Shown here in pieces: positions 1-15,957 of a DNA stretch of 64,000 nucleotides. The stretch lies in assembly GCF_009914755.1 (NCBI RefSeq), contig NC_060931.1, one strand, 5' to 3'. A model generated the notes under the pieces. That model was not told where the DNA came from, made no database searches, and worked only from the letters and a program-made list of their open reading frames with translations. Numbering within the stretch: position 1 is the first letter of the stretch; each line of letters begins with the position of its first letter. The stretch comes from the human T2T-CHM13v2.0 reference genome, Homo sapiens. The position numbers were made by a program, and so were the translations under genes.

Positions 1-1529
<1,529 letters not shown>

Positions 1530-2146
1530 ACTAAGTATCAAAAGAATGTTCAAATAAGGTTCAGAATATAATTTTATGTTCACTCACAATTTCTTCACTC
1601 AAGTATGGTGGACAGATAAAAAATATCTATACGTAGCCTTTCTCATCCCTGGAGTGGGGCTGAGCTACTTTTTCAAACCAAACTAGGCATGGTCCTGTGA
1701 TTCTAAACCATGAAGTTATATATTTTTTAAATATCCATAGACATGTAATATTCCTCCAGACTCCATGCAAAAACCAGTTGTCCACCGGAGACTTGATTAG
1801 AGGGAAAACTAGTATTTAATAAAACTAGCAATAAATTTTTAAATACTAAACTAGAAGTGTTTTGTGTATAATTACACCACAAACTAAGAGATTATTATAT
1901 AGCTAAAGGTGGATTTACTTTCAGTTTCACATAAATTCTGTAATAAGAATCAAAAGTAAAATTAGACTATACTAGAGAAAAATCAGAAGCAGGCATTGCA
2001 ATAATCAGAACAGAAATTAACTGCAGAAGATACAGCTTTCATCATCAGCTTTCAAGATACTTTTAAGTGTTTCTCTTGACCTTTAAAATGAAGTACCTGA
2101 GTTATAATACTTGTGCTGAGAATATCAAAGAATCAGAATTCAGCAA

Positions 2147-2331
2147 TAATATGGACTCAATGTTTGTGCCCCTCAAAATTCATATGTTGAAGCCCTGACT
2201 GTCAGTGTGGCTGTACTTGAAAATGGGGCCTCTAAGGAACTAATTAAGGTTAAATGAGATAATGAGATTGGGGCCTTGATTCAATACGATTAATGTCCTT
2301 ATTAAGTAGAGACACTAGAGAATGCTCGTGT

Positions 2332-2375
<44 letters not shown>

Positions 2376-2610
2376 CCTCCCTGCCTTCCTCCCTCCCTCT
2401 CTCTCTCTTTCTGCACACAGAGGATAGGACATGTGCAGACAGTGAGGAGGTGGCCATCTGCAAGCCAGGAAGACAGCCTTCACCAGAAACTGATCATGCT
2501 GTCACCCTAATCTTGGACTTCCAGCCTCCAGAAATGTAATAACAATAATTTGTTGTTTAAGCCACCCAATCTATGGTATTTTGTCATGGCAACCAGAGCA
2601 GAATAATACA
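2147..2610 (+). mobile_element. MaLR LTR, MLT1A-like, with internal (TC)n/(CCCT)n microsatellite at ~2337-2410
   Basis: aaattcatatgttgaagccct ... ttggacttccagcctccaga ... tttaagccaccca ... aataca match the MLT1A consensus pattern. Confidence 0.8.
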
Positions 2611-3349
2611 GTCATCAAGACTGCCAACAATCTTCTAGGATCCTTTTCCTGCTCATACTCCCTATCCCCACATACACACATATAATGATTTCACCAAAAA
2701 GCTGATGGCTTAGCAAGCAGCATATGGAAAGGGGGTGGCTAAAAAAGTATTAAGATTCTTATCTATTACTATCAAGGAAAATTTCATGCATATACTTTTT
2801 TGCTCCTCTGAGATCTCTTCCACTTAAAGTTACTACTGATATAAATATATAGATAAAATTAATGTTATACTCATTATATATCATAAGAATGTTGAGGTAA
2901 GGCCATCAATCAGAGTGTGATTTAGCCACCTAGGGAAACCCTGAGCCGACTTTTGTTGGTGTATCACTAAATGGCAATAATAGAAAGGGGATTCTGAGGT
3001 CCTCATTCTCTCTTATGAGAACACAAATCCTACTATATATTACTGTGGTAATTATTTATTGTATATAATGTGTTAAAAAAATTTCTAGATTTTGGCAATA
3101 TAATTGACAATATAAATCAATGTATTTCAAGTCATTGAAATACAAGCTAAATTTAAGAGGTAGAAACACTATCACAATCAAATTAATACTTGGAAGACAC
3201 TAGATCCATTATTTCCAGGAAAAGGGATAATTTTGGTACAACTAATAAAAGGTATATCCCAAATAAATTGGTTTTTCAGCCTACTTACTATCTACTTTCT
3301 TCCAAATTGTTAACTTATAAAGACTTCTTCTAGCTCTAAGCGAGAAACG

Positions 3350-3851
3350 AAAGCCAAAAACTCTAAATTCCTACTCTTATGATCTTGAGGCTAAGACTCT
3401 GAAAACTACTTTTGTCCTCTGTCAGATGGCCTTTTGCTAGGAGCGGCCAGGAGGAGGCACAGGAAAAACCCTGGGAGGCAGGGAAGGGGAGGAAAGAATT
3501 CTTACTTCCTGTTCCTGTCTTCCTTGCAGAATGCTAGCTCTGCACTCCAACAGCACCCATTTGCATTCTTAGAACTAGTTTCATTGCCCTCTTCTCTGAA
3601 AGATTCATAGTAGCCAGGGCGTGACTGCTCTCAAGTAATCTGAGCCCCAACTTACAGAGTCTGTACTCTTCTAAATTGTAAAATCCCTAACCTCTTCCTT
3701 GTGTGCTTCTGGCCCTGGAGATGGTAGCTACTCCTTGCTGTTCTTGCTGGGCTTTCCGGTTTTGTTCTTTCAGCCTTATTTAAGATTATGTTCCCATTGT
3801 TGAAATACCTAGTGTGCTTCCTGTTTTCCTGACTGGACTTTCACCAATACA
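3350..3851 (+). mobile_element. Old ERVL-class solo LTR (LTR33-like)
   Basis: 3' end gttgaaatacctagtgtgcttcctgttttcctgactggactttcaccaataca resembles the LTR33 terminus; 5' boundary approximate. Confidence 0.6.
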
Positions 3852-3962
3852 TATATGAAAAAATTATCTTTAAATTTTAGGAAGGAGAACCCAAGTAAAA
3901 CTATTTAAAATTCCACATAGATCTTCCAAAATTGAAAACCATTTCAAATACAAATGGATTTC

Positions 3963-4116
3963 ATATATCTATATATATACACACACATATATATGTGTGT
4001 GTGTGTTTATGTGTGTGTGAGTATGAATTTTATATATACATATGTGAATTATACATATATGAGTATATATATGAGTATATATATACACACACACACATAT
4101 ACATACACACACATAT
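3963..4116. repeat. Compound (TA)n/(CA)n/(TG)n microsatellite
   Basis: Alternating purine-pyrimidine tract seen directly. Confidence 0.9.
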
Positions 4117-7100
4117 GAATGAAAGACTCCTTTAGAAGCACTTTGCCTACATGGTACAAATAAGCATAGGTTTGGGGATTTTACATACAGAAATAGAATT
4201 ATGCCATATATTTTGTTCTGCACACAAAACAGTTAACTGTGTAATGACACCCTAAAAAGTGAGAGTGAGAGCAAAGATGACCTTCACTTTTCACTTTTGA
4301 CATTGATTAGGTTTTTTATACTGAGCATTTTACAGTTGCAATTAATTTTTTAAGATTTGTGCTGTTGAAGCAAACAATTTTCTGTTGTTTTACAGGTTAT
4401 TGATAGGATCACCAGCCCTGTCCTTTTAATTGCCTAACACAGTCTTAGGTAGCCTACAGCAGGCACACATTAAATGACCAATACCGGCTTCAAGTTTCTC
4501 CTCTCTAACTTGGCAAAAAAGATTAACCATTATGGTTCAAGCCATGTATGTAACACTCTAGTCCAGGTTTTCTCGTCTTGAATATCCATGCCTTTGTAAG
4601 CATAACACAATTCATGCTTCAGTATAACACTGGGGTCGTCTTTACAGAACACAGATCATGTTACCAAAAGTGACTTCAAACTAAAATAAAATGCCTATTT
4701 TTATTTCTCAAACATGGTGAAAACGAAAAATGGTCCTAGTAACATTTTTTATCACCGTTTTCTTCTTTCACCCCTGCTATGACATTATGTTTGCGCTCCC
4801 AAGCTACACCCCTCAAATCCTCCTCACACCTCACAACAAAAACAAAAACAAAACCAAACTCCTTCCAGCAATTTCTAGTTTATCTTTTCTTTTTGATCTT
4901 GCATCACAAAATCTCAGATATTAATCTGTCCAATATAACACATTTTGGACAGCCTAGGAGAGGAAGAGTTTGAGTAGGTCAGACCAGAATTCTTTTGAGT
5001 AGGGAGGAGGAATTTAAGGAACTGACAGCAGGTAACTGATATCCGCCCAGGCTGTGTAGGCTGCATGGTGCTATAGCTTTCCCTCTCTGTAGATTCAGGG
5101 CTCCAAATGTATCCTTTATGACAGTGATGTCCTCTTTGCAGAACTAACATTTTTCTAACGCTAACAAGACAGGATGGGGATTTTGAACTTGTTAAGTTAC
5201 ATCTATTTATAGTGGCAGCTTCCATTTGAGGCTCCCTGGTACCTCCCATTTGTGAGGCTCTGTGGTACCTTCATGCACTACTATGACACTTTTCATTCTT
5301 CCCAAGCAATAAGTCACTAGAGTTATTATTTATTCATTTCCAACTCAGTATCCTAGAAGTTATGTAAGTGCAAATAAACATGGACTAAGAATCAGGAGCA
5401 ATATAATTCATAATTTGTCAAAAAATTCATAGTTGTGATAAATGTAATATTTTTGTTCAGTTTCACTATCAAGAATAAGGAAAAATGCCTCTTCTACCAC
5501 TTTTTAACTAATATATGTGAAGTATATAAAACATGTACAATAATAGGAACATAGTACATGTACATTAGGTAGCCACTGATTTCTTGCTTGAAATATAAAG
5601 TATATGAAGTTTAAAGCACTGGTAGAAATAGTAACATTTATAGTTGTTAAGGAGAAATAAGAAACATCATTCCCAAGAGAAATGAGCATGTCAAATAACC
5701 AAGGAGGAAAGGAGGGAAATTATTACAGCAAGGAAAGGGGAGAAATAGCAGAAACGGCAATGTTGAATGCAAAGATGCCTATAAGTACTGAGGAATGGGA
5801 TCTAATGTCAATGAATTCATCTGCCCACCCTAGCTAGTATTGCAAGATCATGAGATTTAATCAGTTTTTGGCATTTTACCATTGGCCTTCTACTGAATTA
5901 ACAATAGAAAACTCTTATCTCAAAACAGATTAAAATACTAATTTGTATACAAATCATAACTATAAAAGTCTATTATACCATCTTCAAATTCTGACACTGG
6001 ATCTCTCCATTTAAGAAAGAAAAACAAAATACATCACAGTTCCATTTGATAATCTCACACATTGGGTAATTTTTCTTTTATTTTCATTGGTTTTGTTTTA
6101 ATGTGAAAATCCCTCACAAAAAATAATCATAGGATGCTGTCCAGGTATATTTTAGTGCTCTGGGAAAAGATGAATAGCCAACCTATAATAACGCTTGTTC
6201 AAGGCCTAGTAATCACTACAAATGCTCTGGCCTAGTTGGGAAGGCCACCTCAATCCTTATCATTGCTTACAGACAGCAGTAAAGCACAAAAACACTGCTG
6301 AGTAATAGCTGGTGACCTCATCACTCTTTCCTACAGAATGTTGTCCTTTATCAGTGTCAGTCTCAAATCAATCGATTAGAATACAGCGCTGGTTATAAAA
6401 CCCCACTTGCCTTCTGCTTCAGTGTAATGCAACCATTCTGTTTGTTTGCTCCTCAACCTCAATTTGCAGGAAAGGAACTGCAAAGATCAATTGGAAACCT
6501 CAACTTATGCACAACTACTTGGAAATCATTTTTTTATATTGATATAGTGTCAATGAAAATGAAAGTGAAAAATACTACTCACTTGAGGGGAAAAAAAAGA
6601 AATACTCTCAAGAGCTATGTTCAAGTACAATACAAAGGTTGAGTGATTGGAATTCTTTTGTGGGTAACCTGAGTGACAGCGGAAGAATACTAATATGTTG
6701 GGCCTCGGGGAAGTGTTAGCCTAATAATCTCTGCCTTCTCTTACAGTGCATGAGTGCAAGACTCTTATTCTGAAAAAGAAAAATAAAGTACTGAGAGATG
6801 TTTAATGCCAGTAAGAGACAATAATGGTACTTAGAAATTTAACAAGCCAAAGACAAATCCAGCACTTAAAATTTATCCCAAGCAATAACTATAAATTAGT
6901 TAAAAAGATACCACCAAAGTTCTAGATCCATGTCAGAGGAGTACAAAAGAAAGAATATCTCAGTACCTAATTGCCACTAGATTTCTAATTGCCTCTAAAC
7001 CCCTTCCTTAACTCTTACTGCAGTCTACACCACAGCTTGAGGGTCCTGTTGGGTAGTATCAGCATTATCTTCCTAGGATTGATTCTGAAACAGCTACATT

Positions 7101-9659
7101 TTATATAGGAGCCCCCTATATATGGATATCACTAAAGAACACCACACCTCTCTGGTTAAATTTGAAAGGATCCCTTTATTCATTTTGTATGTTATCAAAC
7201 AAGAAACAGAAGAACATTCATTCCGGGACACTGTAGCCAGCATGGGAAAACACTGCAATTGAGCAGTGTACCATGGCAGACAAATTTTTGAAATCTGAAT
7301 TTTTGTTTCTTCCTATCTTTTTCCTTTTCCCTTCCCCAACTGAAAAGAAAGTGGACCCTGTGCTTCTTTGCTTCAGGGAAAGGTATGGGATGTGGATTCC
7401 TTGAAGGAAGTAGGACCCCATGGAACCAAAAAGAAACCTGAAGAAAAAGACAGAACTTTCTCTGAATTAACAACAACAACAAAAAAGGCTCTACAAACTG
7501 AGAAAGACAAAGTCTGTGGATGTCTTCAGTGATGGGGCTTGTTTCCTGCTCACTAAAAATGTGGCAGGACCTCAGAAGAAAGAGCCAATTAGTATGGGTT
7601 GTGGGGTAAGGTGCCTCACCCAAAAACATCATACTCCAAGACTGTCAATGAAGCAGTAGAGAAGTGGCTAGAAGGGCAGGAAGGAGGACTAGGCAGATGG
7701 GACTAACAGGTCCTCCATCAGCACTCATGTGAAAAGCTAACATAATCACAATTATCCTCACAACACCTTTAAATGCTCATTAAGTACAACCTACAAACAT
7801 ATAATCTCTCAGTAAATTCAAGTCAGCCAGCTTTCCTCCAACACTGGAACAGATCATATTTCTTCCACTGAACCCCAGATCAAGTACCTGGATTATGGTA
7901 AAGGGTGATGTGCAAAAAAACACCCATCAGAAGTGCACTCAGTTTAGCTAGATGCTTACTGAAAATGAATGATGGAGCAGATACAAAGCTTGCACTTCAG
8001 GTTCACTCCTGTTACCTTCTTGAATGCCCTACAAATAGAAATAATTCCCTGATTGATTTTTCTCACTTTTTTTTTTTAACAGAGTTGAATTTCACCGGAT
8101 TGCATGAAAGAATTCAACTAGATTAAAAGATAAATACATTAAGCAGGAACTTCCATGAGGAGAGCTTCCTGAATAACCTATGTTATTACGTGGTTATCAT
8201 GTGATGTGCAAAATCATTGGTCATGTTTTTGTTCTGAAAGTAGAATGGAGAGTTGAGAATTTGGAAATGCTTACTTCTCAAAGACACAGTGTGTTTTGTT
8301 CAAAAGGGAATTAGCTTTAGTGCTAACTCGACTTAGGGTGAAGTGAAAGACTTCAGTTTGCCTGTGTGCTATGTGTACTGATCTCAGGCAAGTTACTGAA
8401 TCTCTTTATTCCCCAATTACTTCATCTATGACAATGTATTAAGTTGGGGAGTGGGGGAATAAATAATAACTTTGAAAATACACACAAACTACATGCCATA
8501 GCCTAGTCGCTGGAATGCAGCTATTGTTGGTTTGTTTCTCCACGCTACTCTCCTCTCAAACCTTATTTCTTATTCTACCATTGCCATTCTTGTTTTATTG
8601 AAATTCAGAGAATGTCATTTTAATTTTCTAATGTTTGCTATAATGCTTGCAATGGCTTAGGCTTCATGTAAAATTTACAAAATCTTGTTATATTTTTGCA
8701 TCTTCTTACAGCTAAAATTTTAATTCATTTTCTTCAAAAACTTCAATACTTTTTAGCTGTTAGCTATAAAGCAAATAAAAGATGGACAGAATAAGCAATT
8801 TAATAAAAATTGGATTTGCCTTTTTAAAAGAAAGGTTTTAATCTTCCTAAATTGGCCCTTTGATGTAGATAATTTTCAAAAGTGGGACACTTAATAGATT
8901 AAAAGTTCATGTTAAAGTCTTTCCTCGGAGTAATCAAGATTTGGTAACCCTTTAGAACTAGAATCATTAAAAACAGCAAAGAGGAGTTATTAGATGTGAA
9001 AGATCAAGATTTTCAATAAGCATGGTAGACCTGCAAATTTTAGCAAGCTGAAGATAACATTTTCACTGCACATTTCTTTAAAAGAAGATAAAGAGCATTG
9101 AATCAATATATCAGTGAAGAGATTATTATTTTTTTACAAGCTGAAGGTTGCTACAGGTCATTCCCAGTAAAGCAAACAGAATTTGTTAATTTAATCCAAC
9201 AGACTTGGCAGTGAGACCAAACAGGAATTTAATCAGCAAGAGAAGGTGGTAAGCATCTCTAAAAATTGAGTGATCGCTGTGCAAACAGTAAATATCATTA
9301 TGGAAGGGTGAGGAAATAAAAAGAGTGTTCCTTTCATGATTTTCATCAAGCTCATCAAATATAATAAATGATTCCAAATAAACCATTTCTAGGACTGCAA
9401 CAGTGACTTAATGTTACTTGTGCTAGAAAATTAAAAATTATAGTTTTCCAGTCCCTCACCTTTCTTAAATAGTTTTCTTAAAAACTGCAAGGTTATGAAA
9501 TGAACAATTAAGTGTCTTATATGCTAAGTAAAAACAGTAAATGACATTTTAGACTTTCTCCTCTCAACAAAATGTGCCAGTTCTCTGATGCCAACTTGAA
9601 GGCCTTTGGTACAAAGACTAACACAGAGACAAGGCTAAGATGTATAAGGTTAACATTAG

Positions 9660-10106
<447 letters not shown>

Positions 10107-11009
10107 TAATCATGAAGGCATATTCAGAATCTTCTCACTTCCTGTTACCACAGAGTTTCCAGCTTCACCTGCCTTTCTTTCTTTCCTTCTCATTTCAACC
10201 TTTTGTAAAACTCTCCTTTAATTGCAGGCTCTCCTTATCTCAATCCAGTCTCCTTGAGGCCCCTTCTTTAAAAACATGCCTTTGGAATTCTCTTGCTGAA
10301 CGGGCTGTGTAGGTGTATATTATATCTAAAACAAAAAGACTTTCTCAATGGTGTTTTGTTGTCTTCTCTCTAGCTATGAACACACAATGTTATCATTAAA
10401 CCAGTGAATTCATTATCCTATGAAACCTCAATAAACAAAATTTAATTAGCGTTTCCCATGAGTGACAAACAAAAGTAAATTGTGTAATAAATGGCAAAGG
10501 TCCACATCTTTATTTAAAATTCTCATGGAAGTCACTTTTAAGTGGACCAAAGTAAATGGTCAACTTACCTTGAAACCCTAGAAGAAGGTTGTCTGGCTTC
10601 ATACAAAACTAGACCAAGATATGAAGAGAAAATTAAAAACTATATTAAGTTAAGCTACTGAGAAGAAAGAAAATCAAGGGGAAAATCAAGGGATGCTATT
10701 TTAAAGGTCCGACTCAGAAAATAGATTGAAAATCTTAGCTTTAGGGGAAAGGAGAGATGCTTTTTCATAAACATTCTGTGTCTAAAATTGGGCCGTAAAA
10801 TACATGCTCATTTATTTCTAACCCAGCTTTTACACTGTCTTGAATCATTTATCTCCACATTTCATCTCCTAGAGGAAGAGAAATTTCTTTCTTATGATTA
10901 TACTGTTAAATTGTCTTCTCTTTAGAATTATCGAAAAGGATGGAACATTCTGCAGAATTTCAGTTAGTATAAGTGTCTAAATATCCATTTAAAAGTTTAT
11001 GATACCTTT

Positions 11010-11097
11010 CAAAAAGGGCCACAAAATCTTCTCCCATCCATATATGCACATCATCCCCTCACAATGTGCTTTTGCAGCTTATTCCATCAAGAGGTAG
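11010..11097 (+). mobile_element. MLT1F/G-like LTR, 5' fragment (host of the L1 insertion)
   Basis: ggccacaaaatcttctcccatcc ... ttccatcaagaggtaga resembles the MLT1F/G start; the element resumes at ~17818. Confidence 0.6.
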
Positions 11098-14000
11098 ATT
11101 TTTGAAGAGAAAAACACTGAGAGTCGACAGAGAGGCAATGCAAACACAGAAGCTGAAGAGAGAGGTATCCGGGAACCTTGCATGTGGTTGTAGAGCACCA
11201 GGATTAGTTCTCATCCCTGAATATGTCCTAAGGAAAGGATGTGTGAAGTGATGGTACAGAAGCCTACTTTCACCATGAACCTCTGAGATCTTAGCTACAA
11301 GATCCCATGACCCCCATAGACATTTTAATTGGCAAGGGGATCTGCCCAGACAGTAGGCAGAGACAGAATTCCAGCCTGTACAGAGCCCAGGTGGATTTGC
11401 AAGTAGGGCAGCTGCAGCAAAATATGACCATAGGTTACCAAACCCCTAGGCTCCCCAACTTCCTCCAAATAGTTCTAACCCCAGCTGACCACAAGGCCAG
11501 GAGAGAGCAGGGCCATCTTTCCCATGTGACTGGGGCACTTCTCTTCTGCATGCCTCTCTGCCCACCAGCCACTTGAAAGGCCCCTGGCTGGCTGTTCCCA
11601 CAAGAGCATGTATACGGCACAGCCTCCACTGCCCAGTCTGAGTGCTTTGCCAGTGGCCCCACCTCAGTGTTTTCCTGGTGGCCTGGGAGCACTAAATCTC
11701 CCCTAGCATAGACAATGCCCAACCCCAAGGGGCCAGAGGACAAAGCTGTGGGCCTGGTCCCAAAGCCCCAGGGTAATAGCATACAGCTAAGGTGTGTCAA
11801 TATGAGATCCGTGGCCAGCGCTTGAGCAAGGGAAGAGTCCCCACTCTCAAAACATTGAGAAAAGTTAGACACGGGTTCATGAACTGACACAGGAACAAGG
11901 TATACTTTCTTCCACAGGACTGGTCCATGAAGGATGTGGCCTGTCTGCCAGCCACAGCCTTTGCCTGAGGAATCTCTGTGGCCCAAAACACCTAATAAAA
12001 GAAACACAAGCATGAGGTCAGTGATTGGACAGGGGTCCCCCCCAAGACCTGGTGAGGGGGTCATCTCTGCTCCCACACTGCACAGAGCACTGCTGTGAAC
12101 ATACTGAAATAAAAAAGAGCTGCATGGCTGGGTAAGAACCAATCAGCCAGCCATTACTCTTAAGTACCATCTACTGGATCGCAGCTTCTTCTTCCAGTAT
12201 ATATTCTCTGTGAAACCCAGGGCAAGAATGTAGTCACTAATAAAGATCCTGTACAGAGGCTTGGCCCTCTGAAAGTAATCCAGAAACAAAGTGAACTCAA
12301 CTATACTCAACTTACACCAAAGTTAATTCCTCAAGGAAAATAAAGAATAGAAAAACAAAAAGCTCCATCCAAACGACAGCAAATCCGAAAACACAAAAGA
12401 ACGCAAGCTTTCTTGGATGAGAAAGAATCAGTTAAGAACTCTGGTAATTTAAAAAGTCAGAATATCCCTTTATATCCAAATGTTATTAGCTCCCCAGCAA
12501 TGGTTCTTAACCAGATTGAAATGACTGAAATGACAGACATAGTTCAGAATCTGGATGGTAAGGAAACTCATTGAGATTCAGGAGAAGGTTGAAACCCATT
12601 CCAAGAAACCCGGTAAAACATTCCAAGAGTTCAAAGACAAAATAGCCATTTGAAGTAAAAACCAAACAAATCTTCTGTAATTAAAGATTGCACTGCAAGA
12701 ATTTTATAATATAGTCGGAAGCATTAACAACAGAATAGACCAAACTATGGAAAGAATCTCAGAGGTCAAAGACCAGTTCTTTGAATCAACTCAGACAAAT
12801 ACTTAAAAAAATTCAGAAATGAACAAAACCTCTGAGAATATGGGATTATGTAAAGGGACCAAACTACAACTCATCGGCATTTCTAAGGGAGAAGGAGACA
12901 TAGTAAGCAACTTGAAAAATATATTCGGGGATATAGTCCATGAAAATTTCCCTAATCCCATTACAGAGGTTGACATATAAATTCAAGAAAATACAAAGAA
13001 CCCCTGTGAGATACTATACAAAATGACCATTCCCAAGACATATACTCATCAGATTCACCAAGTCAATGCAAAAGAAAAATTGTAAAGGCAGCTAGAGGGA
13101 AGGGTCAGATCACTTACAAAGGGAATTCCATCAGGCTAGCAGTGGACCTCTCAGCAGAAACCTTACAAGCCAGAAGAGACCGGTGCCTATTGTCAGCATC
13201 CTTAAAGAAATTTCAACCAAGAATTTCATATCCCACCAAACTTCACATAAGTGAAGAAGAAATAAAGTCCTTTTCAGACACACAAGCACTGAGGGAATTC
13301 ATTACCACTAGACCAGTCTTACAGGAGGTCCTTAAGGGAATACTAAATATGGAAACAAAAGAACAATACCTGCTACTACTAAAACACACTTAGACACATA
13401 GCCCACAGACACTATAAAGCAATTACAAAATCAAGTCTGCAAAATTACCAGCTAACAAAATGATGGGATCAAAATCTCACATGTCAATATTAACCTTAAA
13501 TGTAAGTAGTCTAAACACCCCACTTAAAAGTCATAGAGAGGCAAGTTGGATAAAAAGGCAAGCCTCCAACTGTCTGCTCTCTTCAAGAGACCCTTCTCAC
13601 ATGTAACACCACCCATGGGCTCAAAGTAAAGGGATAAAGATCTATTATGCAAATGCAAAACAAAAATAGACTATAAACAACAGCAATCTAGGAGGATATT
13701 ACATAATGATAAAGAGTTCAATTGAACAAGAAGACTTAACTATCCTAAAAATATATGTACCCAATATTGAAGCACCCACATTCATAAAACAAGTTCTTTT
13801 TGACCTATGAAAAGGCTTAGACATCCACAAATAATAGTAGGAGTCTTCAACACCCCACTGACATAATTAGACAGATCATTGATACAGAAAACTAACAAAG
13901 ATATTCAGGCCTTAAACTTGACACTGGACCAAGATTATCTACACGATACTTCACCCAATAACCACAGAATATACTTTCCTCTCATCTGCACACAAAATAT

Positions 14001-14449
14001 TCTAAGATCAACCAGATGCTCAGCCATAAAGCAAGTCTCAATACATTGAAAAAAATCAAAATAATATCAAGCAAACTCTCGGGCCACAATGCAAAACAGA
14101 AGTAAATATTCAAAAGATCTCTCAAAACTACACAATCACATGGAAATTAAACAACTTGCTCCTGAATGACTTTTGGGTGAACAATGAAGTTAAGGCAGAA
14201 GTCAAAAAATTATTTGCAATTAATGAAAATACAGACACAACATACCAAATCCTTGGGATGCAGCTAAAATCAGTATTAAGAGAAAAGTTTATAGTGCCAA
14301 ATGCCTACATCAAGAAGTTAGAAAGATCTAAAATTAACAATCTAACATTGCACCTAGAGGAATTAGAAAAACAAAACAAGCCAATCCAAAAGCTAACAGA
14401 AAAAAAGAAATCACTAAAATCAGAGCAGAACTGAATGAAATCAAGATAC

Positions 14450-14675
14450 TATATTGTGTAGTGGCCAAGTTTGGATTTTTAATGTACCCATTACCCATTA
14501 CCCAAATAATGTATACTGCACCCATTATGTAATTTCTCATTGTCCACCTCCCTCCTACTCCGAAACCCTTCCACATCTCCAATGTCCATTATTCCACTGT
14601 ATTTGTGGAATACTCTCTCCTATTTGTCACCTTTGCCCTTTTTTCTGTTGATAAATAAAATGTTTTATATTTAAA
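14450..14675. other. Insertion inside L1 ORF2: antisense L1M/L1PB 3'UTR fragment plus unique tail with AATAAA, flanked by repeated aagatac
   Basis: aagatac at 14443-14449 and 14676-14682; L1 ORF2 is collinear across the insert; AATAAA at 14654-14659. Confidence 0.65.
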
Positions 14676-15673
14676 AAGATACAAAAATCGATATGAAAGA
14701 TCAATGAAACCAAAAGGTGATTATTTGAAAAAATAAACAAGAGTGATAGACCACTAACTAGATTAACAAAGGAAAAAAAGAGAAAATCCAAATAAGCACA
14801 ATCAGAAGTGACAAAGATGACATTACAACTGATCCCACAGAAATACAGAAGATCCTCAGAGACAATTATGAGAACATCTACGCACACAAATTAAAAAACT
14901 TGAGAGGAAATGGATAAATTCCTAGAAACACAACCTTCCAAGATTGAAATAGGAAGAAAATGAAAACCTGGACAGACCAATAACAAAATCTGAAATTGAA
15001 TCAGTAATAATAAAAAAAAACCTACCAACCAAAAAACAAAGGTCAGGATCAGATACATTTACAGCTGAATTCTACCAGACATACAAAAAACTGCTATCAA
15101 TTCTACTAAAACTATTCCCAAAAATTGAGGGAGAGGGATTCCTCCTCAACTTATTCTATGAAGCCAGTAACACCCTGATACAAAAATCTGGTAAACACAA
15201 CAAAAAAATAAAATATCAGGTCAATAATCCCTGATAAACATGGATGGAAAAATCCTCAACAGAATACTAGCAAACGGAACCCAGCAGCACATACAAAAGT
15301 TAATTCATCATGATCAAGTAGGCTTTATTTTTAAGATGCAAAGTTGATTCCACATATGCAAATCAATAAACATGATACACCACATAAACAGAATTAAAAA
15401 CAAAAACCATATGATCATCTCAATATATGCAAAAAAGCTTTAAATCCAACATCCCTTCAGGAGAGAAACCCTCAACAAATTAGGCATCAAAGGAGGATAC
15501 CTCAAACTAATAAGACCTATCTATGACAAACCCACAGCCAACATCATACTGAAGAGGTAAAAGCTGTAACCATTCCCTTTGAGAACTGGAATGAGACAAG
15601 CATGCCCACTCTTACCACTCCTATTCAGCATAGTACTGGAAGTCCTAGCCAGGGCAATCAGGCAAGAAAAATA

Positions 15674-15957
15674 ATACTGCACCCATTATGTAATTTCTCA
15701 TTGTCCACCTCCCTCCTACTCCGAAACCCTTCCACATCTCCAATGTCCATTATTCCACAGAAATACAGAAGATCCTCAGAGACAATTATGAGAACATCTA
15801 CGCACACAAATTAAAAACTTGAGAGGAAATGGATAAATTCCTAGAAACACAACCTTCCAAGATTGAAATAGGAAGAAAATGAAAACCTGGACAGACCAAT
15901 AACAAAATCTGAAATTGAATCAGTAATAATAAAAAAAAACCTACCAACCAAAAAACA
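15674..15957 (+). repeat. Local two-part duplication: copies of 14513-14597 and 14835-15038 joined at ccac
   Basis: Direct comparison: the 85-bp segment is identical; the 203/204-bp segment differs by one A in a homopolymer. Confidence 0.95.

Noticed and set aside
7195-7632. 145-aa minus-strand ORF in non-repeat sequence
   Set aside because: No recognisable homology, codon bias or convincing exon structure; a lncRNA exon cannot be excluded but is not supported by sequence alone
11435-12142. 235-aa minus-strand ORF, the longest in the window
   Set aside because: Antisense to the 5'UTR of an old L1, no ATG start, no recognisable domain, and no support for an ORF0-type product in this subfamily
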